DNA from: a phage
Length of the DNA: 64,000 nucleotides
Strand: one strand, 5' to 3'
Sequence record: PZ295659.1
Positions within the stretch are counted from its first letter, which is position 1, and each line of letters begins with the position of its first letter. Of the stretch, positions 37,514-45,708 are shown piece by piece. The translations under genes and the position numbers were made by a program. Under the pieces are notes generated by a model that searched no databases, was not told where the DNA came from, and was given only the letters and a program-made list of their open reading frames with translations.

Positions 37514-37855
37514 TTAAAAGAATTTAAATTTTTTCTTGGTCCGTTCATTAAAAGCTTGTTGTACTTGCATTGTAACACATTTTTCAACATGTGGTGCAAG
37601 TTCTGCTTTTCTGTCCTGGTCAAGAACTGCAAAGTCCATTACGATTTTACCATCAACCCAGTCTAGTTTTGTAATATAGACTATATGATGAGAACCATCT
37701 TCAAGCGTAATCAGAATCTCTTGAATGACATTTTCCATTGCTGAACGGATAATTTTAAGAGATTCATTAAACACTCGTTCTTTGCGAATGTCTTCCCCTT
37801 CCGAAGAAGGGGATTCATCAACGATTTCTAGATTTAAATCATCGAGATTATTCAT
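37514..37855 (-). CDS. 40: gp40-like small protein
   Basis: Start at ATG 37855 overlapping the uvsX stop by 8 nt; the alternative TTG at 37876 gives 120 aa; position as T4 gene 40. Confidence 0.5.
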   Translation of the reverse strand: MNNLDDLNLEIVDESPSSEGEDIRKERVFNESLKIIRSAMENVIQEILITLEDGSHHIVYITKLDWVDGKIVMDFAVLDQDRKAELAPHVEKCVTMQVQQAFNERTKKKFKFF

Positions 37856-39020
37856 CGAAATCTTCCATTTCGTCAAGGTCGTTTTCTATATCTGCTGCAG
37901 ACGGAGCATCAGAAGTTTTAACCGGAACTTTAGTTGTTGCTTTGCAATTAATAAGGTCGTTAACAGCGTCATCAACTTCTTTAATAGAAGAGATAGCACC
38001 TAGTTTATATTTAGTTTCAATTGCATCTCGGAAAGGTTTGTGTTTAAACAACGGTCCCCAGAATTCTACACAATCAGTAGCTTTAGCACGCCATGATTTT
38101 TCTTCACGAATCATTTCACCTGTTTCTTCGTCAAGGAATTCACGAGCATACCAACCAGCTTTAGGCTTAACTACAAAACCAATTTCAGTTGCCATTTCTA
38201 ACAAGCCACTGAATGGGTCAATACCACCATCAAAATTAACTGTGATCGGAAAAGTAGATTTCTCTTTAACCGTACGAGATTTTTCTGCTTTCAACGTGAA
38301 GTCATAACCGGTCAATTCTGTACCTTCTTTAACCTGACGTTTAGAGATAAAGAATACAGTGTTAGCAGAGTAAAGAATACCTGTACCACCACCCATAATC
38401 TCTTTAGGATACAATCCGCCAATTTCCATTGCGGTATGGTTAATTGCAACACACGGAATATCTTTAATAGTCAGATACGGGGTCACAATGCGGAACAGAG
38501 ATTTAAGTGCCTTAGCACGAGACATATCACCTACAACTTTCTCGTTCAATGCATCTTCGGTTTCTTTCTTAGATGCAGTATTACCGATTGAATCGATAAA
38601 GATAATAACTTTATCACCGCGTTCAATCGCGTCAAGCTGATTAGTCATATCAACTTTAAGTTGTTCGACAGATTGAATCGGAGTATGAACTACACGGTCT
38701 AAATCAACACCCATTGAACGAAAATAAGATTCTGAAGCACCAAATTCTGAATCATAGAACAAACAAATTGCATCTTTATATTTCTTCATATATGCTGCAA
38801 CCATGGTCAGACCAAACAACGTTTTAAAGTGTTTAGAAGGAGCAGCAAAAATAGTTAAGCCTGATTGCAACCCGGCATTCAGTGCACCACCTAATGCAAT
38901 ATTCAACATCGGAATACGAGTAGGGACTTCATCACGATTATTAAACAGCTTAGACTTAGTCAAGTCTGCAGTCATTTTAGAAGTAGAAGCTTTAATCAGA
39001 CGAGATTTTAAATCAGACAT
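37848..39020 (-). CDS. uvsX: Recombinase UvsX (RecA-like)
   Basis: 390 aa; MSDLKSRLIKASTSKMTADLTKSKLFNNRDEVPTRIPMLNIALGG...; matches remembered T4/RB69 UvsX. Confidence 0.9.
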   Translation of the reverse strand: MSDLKSRLIKASTSKMTADLTKSKLFNNRDEVPTRIPMLNIALGGALNAGLQSGLTIFAAPSKHFKTLFGLTMVAAYMKKYKDAICLFYDSEFGASESYFRSMGVDLDRVVHTPIQSVEQLKVDMTNQLDAIERGDKVIIFIDSIGNTASKKETEDALNEKVVGDMSRAKALKSLFRIVTPYLTIKDIPCVAINHTAMEIGGLYPKEIMGGGTGILYSANTVFFISKRQVKEGTELTGYDFTLKAEKSRTVKEKSTFPITVNFDGGIDPFSGLLEMATEIGFVVKPKAGWYAREFLDEETGEMIREEKSWRAKATDCVEFWGPLFKHKPFRDAIETKYKLGAISSIKEVDDAVNDLINCKATTKVPVKTSDAPSAADIENDLDEMEDFDE

Positions 39021-39120
39021 TGTATTTTTTCCATAGGCATCATTATATTTTACTCATGTTTAAAAGATAAGACGATTATATACTAAGGGTTATACAGCAT
39101 TTAAAACTTTAAACAGGCTC

Positions 39121-39669
39121 TTAACGAGCCCATTTGATAATTTCTGTAATCAAATTATTACGTTCGCTTGCATTAAATCCTATAACTTTGTTAGCACCAT
39201 CATGATTAAGTAATTGATACGTTTGGATTTCGTTATGAATTGCAAACTCTTCAAAATATGAAATGACTGTATTAAAACCGAACGAAGACAAAGTAATAAG
39301 GTCGTCTTCAAAACTTTCAGTCATTTCGTTACGTGTTAAAATAATTGTGAACACATCATGGTTTTGGCAAAGACGAACATAATCCTGTTCATAAACGTCA
39401 AGAACCGAGTCCGCATCTTGTCGAATACGTCCATAAACCCAGTTACTAATATATCCACGGTCTAACAGATAAATCTTAGTAGGGTCTAAATAATTCAACA
39501 TCGTTTCGAAACAGCCAACTTCATTTCGAGACTTAACATCGAAACGTCCATCAACTGTTCGTTTAGGGAAATCAATCTTTACATATCTTTCGCTAATTTC
39601 CATTATGTCATTAATGAAAGTTGTTTTACCAGCATTATCCGGGCCATCTACTAAAATAATTTTAGCCAT
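39121..39669 (-). CDS. P-loop NTPase, nucleoside/nucleotide kinase-like
   Basis: 182 aa; Walker A ILVDGPDNAGKTTF; no direct T4 counterpart at this position. Confidence 0.5.
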   Translation of the reverse strand: MAKIILVDGPDNAGKTTFINDIMEISERYVKIDFPKRTVDGRFDVKSRNEVGCFETMLNYLDPTKIYLLDRGYISNWVYGRIRQDADSVLDVYEQDYVRLCQNHDVFTIILTRNEMTESFEDDLITLSSFGFNTVISYFEEFAIHNEIQTYQLLNHDGANKVIGFNASERNNLITEIIKWAR

Positions 39670-39670
39670 T

Positions 39671-40570
39671 TTATTCCTCGATTACGACATCTTCATATTT
39701 AGGTATATTATACGGCGAAGAAATTAAAGCATTAAAGTAGATGAACTCACCAAGACCTGGATGGAATACTTCTTCAGGATTTTCGAAATATTGAATCTTC
39801 GGTCGTCCTTTAAGAATTTGATAGTACTCAGTTTTAGTTGGGTTAAAAATTCGAATCAGCGCTTCTTCAGGATACTTATTTCTGTCGAAGCTATTATTTG
39901 GATCGGTTATATAAAGCGGTTGGCCTAATTGAATTGCACATTCAACCACTTGTTCAAAACGATAACACGGGTCACTAATTCGAAATGGATGAAAAATACC
40001 ATCTAGATGAATAGGAGCCAAATCACCTACAAGACGCTGCATGATGGAAGGACGTATAACTTTCTGCGTTACGATAATCTTATTACCATCTGCACCTGCG
40101 TTAACCAGCACTTCTTTTTGACGTTCATTCAACACAGTAGTTTGAAGTGAACGATTAACCGACAACATGTCGGTTTTTAAGAATTCGTCAATATAAAAAC
40201 GTGGTTTATTAGGGTCCGCAGTGATATTGAAATTGAATTCCACATCAAAAGCGCCGTCATATCCAGTGATATCTGTGATTAGAAAATCACAATCATAATA
40301 AGCAATTAATGAATCAACCACAAATTCATTTTCAGACCAGAAATATTTACGAGTGTTATATGCGTTATCTTTATACCATAATGGAACAAACTTAAATTCT
40401 GGGAAAAGACGTTCACATTCTTTAATATCAGATGCATTACGTGGATATGTAATCACATCACCCGGATTAGCACGGTGCAAATGAAGTTGGAAGTTGCCAT
40501 CCTTAAGGATAGCATACTGTCCAGTTTCATAAGACCGCATACTCAAGATAGGTACGCGGAAAATAGCCAT
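39671..40570 (-). CDS. Protein of unknown function at the beta-glucosyltransferase locus; candidate DNA sugar transferase
   Basis: 299 aa between uvsX and gp42; no recognisable similarity to remembered T4 beta-gt; no motifs identified. Confidence 0.35.
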   Translation of the reverse strand: MAIFRVPILSMRSYETGQYAILKDGNFQLHLHRANPGDVITYPRNASDIKECERLFPEFKFVPLWYKDNAYNTRKYFWSENEFVVDSLIAYYDCDFLITDITGYDGAFDVEFNFNITADPNKPRFYIDEFLKTDMLSVNRSLQTTVLNERQKEVLVNAGADGNKIIVTQKVIRPSIMQRLVGDLAPIHLDGIFHPFRISDPCYRFEQVVECAIQLGQPLYITDPNNSFDRNKYPEEALIRIFNPTKTEYYQILKGRPKIQYFENPEEVFHPGLGEFIYFNALISSPYNIPKYEDVVIEE

Positions 40571-41286
40571 TAGTCAAGGAATCCTTTAACATAATCAAAA
40601 TCACGTTCAAACACATGGGCACTTACCATGGTATGAGTATAATCACCAACTTCTACACCACATTCGTTAGCGATATAATGAAGTAATTTTCCTTGGAGAT
40701 AAAAATCCAACTGCATAACAACAGCACAGTTCTGAGAACGCATATGACAGTGGGTATAAAGCTTACCATCACGAATATAATAAGTCACTGAGTCAGTACA
40801 TGGATATTCAAGTGTTTCGTCCGAATCAAGCAAAGCCTGATCTGAACTTTCTAGAATTTGGAACACAACTCTTCGGGAGTTAGGCTTCTCTTTAAGTTCT
40901 TTTAGAAGAGCTGGTAATTGAGCCGCAATGCGAGGACCGTAGAAAGTGTTGAAGTTTGCAGGCAAAGCGTCTGATTTAGGTTTAGAAATAAATTTAGCGA
41001 CATTAGGATATGCCTTAAATGCTTCTTCTGCATCAGTACCACCAGAAATCATAAACTTCCAGAAGTCTTCGGCATATTCATAAGAGATGCGATTAATACG
41101 TGGATCGGTCATTTTGAATGATGAAGGGGTATCAACAACTACTGTCATAGACCCAATTTCATTACAACGTCCAATACGAGAATCAGTAACGAACTGTGGA
41201 TTTTCTAAAATTTCACGATTAACAGCTTTAAATGCGGATTGAAAATCTGCGGCTTTAATATATTTCATTGTGTTATGTTTTCCCAT
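40570..41286 (-). CDS. 42: dCMP hydroxymethylase (thymidylate synthase family)
   Basis: 238 aa; PCTDSVTYYIRDGKLYTHCHMRSQN aligns with the T4 gp42 active-site region CTNTVQYLIRD; SD gaggt; N-terminus diverged from my recollection of T4. Confidence 0.65.
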   Translation of the reverse strand: MGKHNTMKYIKAADFQSAFKAVNREILENPQFVTDSRIGRCNEIGSMTVVVDTPSSFKMTDPRINRISYEYAEDFWKFMISGGTDAEEAFKAYPNVAKFISKPKSDALPANFNTFYGPRIAAQLPALLKELKEKPNSRRVVFQILESSDQALLDSDETLEYPCTDSVTYYIRDGKLYTHCHMRSQNCAVVMQLDFYLQGKLLHYIANECGVEVGDYTHTMVSAHVFERDFDYVKGFLD

Positions 41287-41304
41287 GTTTACCTCAATAC
41301 AGTT

Positions 41305-41328
41305 ATTATATACTCAATTCATAAAGCT
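41305..41328 (-). promoter_or_regulatory. Candidate MotA-dependent middle promoter for gene 42
   Basis: Minus-strand AGCTTTA (one mismatch to the TGCTTTA MotA box) 11 nt upstream of TATAAT. Confidence 0.35.
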
Positions 41329-41406
41329 TATTTGAATTTCTTAGCAATGTTGATATAACGTAAAGCTTCAGCATCGATACTTCCAAGAACACTATGAAGA
41401 AATGCA

Positions 41407-41568
41407 TCAGCGTAGTATTCTAGTTGAACAGGTTTCTTTAATCACTTTAGCCGCTTTAGTTTCAAACAGGCCCATAAGGGCCTTTTTAAGAATTTGTTCG
41501 TTGCTGTTAATTTTCGTAGTCAAAATCTCTTCATTAAGTTGGTGGTTAAAAGTTTTTCTAGAAATCAT
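41407..41568 (-). CDS. Possible small protein (53 aa) coupled by ATGA to the Cys-rich gene
   Basis: ATG overlaps the upstream TGA; region also contains a GGCCC/GGGCC hairpin, so coding status is uncertain. Confidence 0.3.
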   Translation of the reverse strand: MISRKTFNHQLNEEILTTKINSNEQILKKALMGLFETKAAKVIKETCSTRILR

Positions 41569-42725
41569 TCCGGGTACCTCAAAGCGTCGTCAGAGTTAGT
41601 TATATCAATAATAGATATAGAGTTTTCTGCTAACCCATTTTTAGATAACTGACGTTTATAATATCTTTCACAATATGTACACGTCGTCCCGCAGATTTCA
41701 TTAGCACAATCGAAATCTGGATGTCTGAACCACCTTTTTTCTAAAAAGCCATCTAACAAAGAGGTTTCAATATTTACCGTATGTGAAAACTCGGTCTCAT
41801 TTTCAAGAGTGAAAATAGTCTCTAAAGGCTTCCACAATTCCAACAAATTACCTTCAAATTTTTCAGAAGCATAAGCTTCAAGAACTTTCAAAATGTAGTC
41901 TGTGCTACCTGTACGTCCTGAAACTTTGAATTGAGTGATACCAATATCATTATAAAGTTTCAAATCTTGAGGACGAACAAAACGAGTTCTCAACCAGTTA
42001 AATGGGTCTGTATCACGAGCTTTAATACAGTGTTGCATTGGATAGCCATTTAAGGATTTGGCATCATCTACTGTAACGTCGGTGCTATGGAAAATATAGC
42101 AAGAGTCACGATAGCTACAATGTGTTGTATACCCTTTACCAGCATTAGAACAGAACTCATTTACAAGAACTTCAAATATTATATTGTTCTTATTGCAAAA
42201 CTCTGCTGCACGCTTCAGGAAAGAAACTGAACGGTTCTTATGAATTCCACAGCAGACCTTTTTGATATTATATTGGTCATGCAAGTATTTGATTTGAGTT
42301 ACAGCATCGACATGTAGAATTGTTGAAACTTCAATCTCAATGTCTTTATTAACTTCACGAACAATTTCCATAACAACAGGGTTAGCGATAGTAATACGCC
42401 ATACGCCTATTGACCAAAGATACTGAACATAATCCTGAATAGCTTTCTTCTTCCACTCAACTAGTTCTCTTTTTGAACCAGGATTTATCGTGTTGAGTGT
42501 ATAGTTAAAGCAAATACCTAATTCGTTACAACGTTTAACATAATCTTCTAACATCTTTTTGTCAACGTCAGGAAGCCTAAAATCAGGTCTGGCTGCTACA
42601 AAAGCCATTTCTCTTGTAGAGCCGTATACTTCATTTATCAAGCTATTAGGATAAGTTTTATTGAGCTCTACGATTTTATCAAGAAGAGCTAAATCAAAAT
42701 TCGTTCCGATTTTAAAAGTATTCAT
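41565..42725 (-). CDS. Cys-rich protein of unknown function, possible metal or Fe-S binding, in the sugar-nucleotide module
   Basis: 386 aa; C-terminal CANEICGTTCTYC (C-x4-C-x3-C-x2-C) plus further Cys pairs; weak resemblance to U32-type Cys-rich segments not confirmed. Confidence 0.5.
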   Translation of the reverse strand: MNTFKIGTNFDLALLDKIVELNKTYPNSLINEVYGSTREMAFVAARPDFRLPDVDKKMLEDYVKRCNELGICFNYTLNTINPGSKRELVEWKKKAIQDYVQYLWSIGVWRITIANPVVMEIVREVNKDIEIEVSTILHVDAVTQIKYLHDQYNIKKVCCGIHKNRSVSFLKRAAEFCNKNNIIFEVLVNEFCSNAGKGYTTHCSYRDSCYIFHSTDVTVDDAKSLNGYPMQHCIKARDTDPFNWLRTRFVRPQDLKLYNDIGITQFKVSGRTGSTDYILKVLEAYASEKFEGNLLELWKPLETIFTLENETEFSHTVNIETSLLDGFLEKRWFRHPDFDCANEICGTTCTYCERYYKRQLSKNGLAENSISIIDITNSDDALRYPE

Positions 42726-42779
42726 TTTTACATCTCGCGTTAATTGATGCGATGGTTTTTGCAGGTCTTACTTAAATTA

Positions 42780-43181
42780 TTATAGATTCGGTTTATATGA
42801 TTTAAATGTTTCGAATTCGCCTTTATTCATAAGAGCTTTGAATTCGTCAGGACGCATAGCTTTGTCGTCGATAATCCAATCATATACTGGTTTATGTGTT
42901 AGCAAATTATGGTACTTCAAGCCAATGTTTGCCAAGTTCTGAATCAGACTTGGGAGAATGTCAATTGCTATACGACCAGGACCTACTGACTTCATACCGC
43001 GAGCAGTGTAAAGCGTTATTGTATGCCCTGCATCATACAGGGCATTAATGGCAGACACCATTTCGACGTCTGGTTTGAAGTTCACGTAATCACGATTGTT
43101 ATTCCACTCGGTTATACAATCATCGACATCAAAACAAAGATTAAGCATGTTTTCTACACGGTGCATTAGATTCGTTCCCAT
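42780..43181 (-). CDS. HAD-superfamily phosphatase (small, capless)
   Basis: 133 aa; motif I-like FDVDDCIT, then LYTAR and KP...WIIDDKA; an alternative ATG at 43166 overlaps the upstream stop as TAATG. Confidence 0.55.
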   Translation of the reverse strand: MGTNLMHRVENMLNLCFDVDDCITEWNNNRDYVNFKPDVEMVSAINALYDAGHTITLYTARGMKSVGPGRIAIDILPSLIQNLANIGLKYHNLLTHKPVYDWIIDDKAMRPDEFKALMNKGEFETFKSYKPNL

Positions 43182-44851
43182 TGATGAGTGATATCGCCAC
43201 CGATTGGACGATAGGAAACACCAGTTTCTTTATCAGTTAGTACCCATTTACCAGGATTTTTTGTAATCAGAGTAGCCGTTACAGGTTCTGCTACGTCATA
43301 ACTAATAGAGCCGTCTTGAAGTACACGGCCCATGTTACGTAATTGCTTAGTCAGAAGTTCCATACCTTTATAATATGCGGCTACCGCTTTAAGTGGATTA
43401 TTCTTGAAATAACCACCTAATGCAATCCAGATAATTGCTACAGCCAAATGATGATACTCGTTAAACGAACTCATCTTTCCATATTTGTAAACTAATGGAT
43501 TGATGTTAATAGTCACATTACAAGTTGTTTCATCAATAGTAAACTGACCCCAGGTCGGATTAGCGTTGAATTCATCATAACCTGAAACAGCGTAAAGCAC
43601 TTTAGCTTCATCATACAATTTTGGCCCGTAAATCTTGGTTTCACCAAAATATCCACGAGGGTCGATAAACTTGACTTCACCATTATCAGTAATCATAGTA
43701 TTACTGAAGTTCGGGTCACCATGAATAACAGAGTACTGTCCCTGAGAACGGTTATGATAACGAATAAGGTGTTCTAAAGCTTGTTTCAACATTGGCTTCA
43801 GACGTCCAATCTTAGTGTAGTTCACATGTGTGATTTTACCAAATGAATCAATCAATGGTTGAATACTTTCACAACGATCAATAACTTTCGTATAGAATTC
43901 TTTAGTGAAATCACGACGAACAGTTTCAGGACTTACAAAATAAGTGTCTGTGCTGAATTTCAGTGCATCTAAAATTGCATCAACAATTTGTGGACGAGCA
44001 AGACTCGATTTGGATTTAATATATTCAAATGCCGGCTTACCTTTAATGCGTTCCATTTCAAAGTTATTTTCATTAACAGAAACTAACTGAGGAACTGAAT
44101 CTGATTTCACTTTAAGATACCATGAAATCTCATCTTTCTGAAGAGCTCGACCCTGTTCGGTTAATGCGAATTTAGTTACAGTTTCTTCACCAATTTCAAC
44201 TGCATTAAAACTACGATTAAGTTCACGAACTTCATGAGCTTTTTCAAGTTTAGGCATATCACCTAAATCAATTAGATTCATAAGCTCTGATTTATTGAAT
44301 GCGCTGCCGTAAAGGAATTCTACGAAATCACGCCCTTTGCAGTATTCATGAATTTCCTCATCAGTAGAACCCATATAGAATTCCCAGTCTTTGAACTGAT
44401 AAATTCCTACAACATTACCACCTGTTGAACCTACGTTAGTGATATTTTCACCGTCGAAATTATATCGACATTCGTCACCCTTAACATAGATTGCGTTAAC
44501 ATTCCAAGACCATGAACCAAAATCAGGAATAATATCGCACCAGTTAACAATTACATTATGGCTGTCTAAATCTTTGTGTAATTTAGCAAGAGCATAAGCA
44601 GAACCATACGCTTCATCAACTGTACGAATAGTCACATTGAACCCTTCTTGCTCACAATAAGCTCGAACAGTTTCAGCAAATTTTGAATGAACTACTACAA
44701 TAATTTCATCTGCGCCAAGGTCAGAATAAATTGTATACAAATTGCTCAGAATAGTGTCTTGTTTATAGTTAACAAGCACCTTAGGAATATGATGCGTTAT
44801 TGGATACAAACGAGTTGCCAGTCCAGCACCAAGAATAACAGCTTTTTTCAT
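43166..44851 (-). CDS. Bifunctional sugar-1-phosphate nucleotidyltransferase / APH-fold sugar kinase fusion
   Basis: 561 aa; N-terminal AVILGAGLATRLYP (RmlA-type G-x-G-T-R-L), C-terminal VIHGDPNFSNTMI...FIDPRG (Brenner and D-x-x-G motifs of choline/aminoglycoside kinase fold). Confidence 0.65.
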   Translation of the reverse strand: MKKAVILGAGLATRLYPITHHIPKVLVNYKQDTILSNLYTIYSDLGADEIIVVVHSKFAETVRAYCEQEGFNVTIRTVDEAYGSAYALAKLHKDLDSHNVIVNWCDIIPDFGSWSWNVNAIYVKGDECRYNFDGENITNVGSTGGNVVGIYQFKDWEFYMGSTDEEIHEYCKGRDFVEFLYGSAFNKSELMNLIDLGDMPKLEKAHEVRELNRSFNAVEIGEETVTKFALTEQGRALQKDEISWYLKVKSDSVPQLVSVNENNFEMERIKGKPAFEYIKSKSSLARPQIVDAILDALKFSTDTYFVSPETVRRDFTKEFYTKVIDRCESIQPLIDSFGKITHVNYTKIGRLKPMLKQALEHLIRYHNRSQGQYSVIHGDPNFSNTMITDNGEVKFIDPRGYFGETKIYGPKLYDEAKVLYAVSGYDEFNANPTWGQFTIDETTCNVTININPLVYKYGKMSSFNEYHHLAVAIIWIALGGYFKNNPLKAVAAYYKGMELLTKQLRNMGRVLQDGSISYDVAEPVTATLITKNPGKWVLTDKETGVSYRPIGGDITHQWERI

Positions 44852-44892
44852 GTTGTGGTCCTCATTGGTAAGTAGGAGTATTGTACACTATT

Positions 44893-45036
44893 CTAGTTAA
44901 AGCATTCATACTTTGCTTGTAGTCCAATCATAATCCATCCGATTACAAGTGTTGGAATCATTACTGGAGCCGTTAAGCTCCAGTAGATAGTCATGACAAG
45001 CATCAATAGTAAAAGTCCTATTGTTATTGCTTTCAT
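44893..45036 (-). CDS. Small hydrophobic peptide (47 aa) coupled by ATGA to the isomerase gene
   Basis: MKAITIGLLLLMLVMTIYWSLTAPVMIPTLVIGWIMIGL...; ATG overlaps the TGA of the SIS gene. Confidence 0.4.
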   Translation of the reverse strand: MKAITIGLLLLMLVMTIYWSLTAPVMIPTLVIGWIMIGLQAKYECFN

Positions 45037-45668
45037 TGTTCGCCTCGTAACATGGCACCTAGTGCACCGCCAGGGTGGAACTTAAGGAAGTCATTAGAGG
45101 TAAATCCACGTTCAGACGAAAGGTTGATAGCAAACGTATCGATAAGCGCTAACAACAATGTAGTGGACATGGTCGGAGCCAGAGAATTCTCATCAACCTC
45201 TACTGCGATGCCTGTACAGAACGTATAATCAAAAAGAGCTTCATATTCTTGTGGAATGTCTGGGTTACAATGCAACAGAATCTGTTTGACGTTCGGACGA
45301 ATCATTTTAAGATGCTTAGCCACGCCTATCATTTCTTCAGTTTTACCAGAACGACTAATATGAATCAACACATCATTAGGCGCAATGAATCCTGCATCAC
45401 CGTGAGAATAATGCCCGGTGTTCAAGTACATACTAGGGATACCGAGTGAAGCAAATGTTTCAGAAGCTTTAGTTGCAATATTAGCATTCTTACCAACACC
45501 TGTAATAATTACTCGGCTTTCATAATTACTAAGCCCTGGGCGTCGAAGAGTTTCTAGAATAGCATTATAACGAGCAGGGTTTTGACTAATTACTTTGGCC
45601 ATAGCGGCCAAAGAAGAAGCTTGTTTTATGATTGCGTCAATAGCGATAGTAATAGGAGTAGTTTTCAT
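45033..45668 (-). CDS. SIS-domain sugar-phosphate isomerase, KdsD/GutQ-like (arabinose-5-phosphate isomerase type) without CBS domains
   Basis: 211 aa; ITGVGKNANIATKASETFASLGIPSMYLNTGHYSHGDAGFIAPNDVLIHISRSGKT parallels the KdsD SIS core GMGKSGHIG...HGDLG...ISNSGES. Confidence 0.7.
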   Translation of the reverse strand: MKTTPITIAIDAIIKQASSLAAMAKVISQNPARYNAILETLRRPGLSNYESRVIITGVGKNANIATKASETFASLGIPSMYLNTGHYSHGDAGFIAPNDVLIHISRSGKTEEMIGVAKHLKMIRPNVKQILLHCNPDIPQEYEALFDYTFCTGIAVEVDENSLAPTMSTTLLLALIDTFAINLSSERGFTSNDFLKFHPGGALGAMLRGEQ

Positions 45669-45708
45669 ATTTCTCTCATTTAATTAGTTTACCGTCCATG
45701 ACATTATA

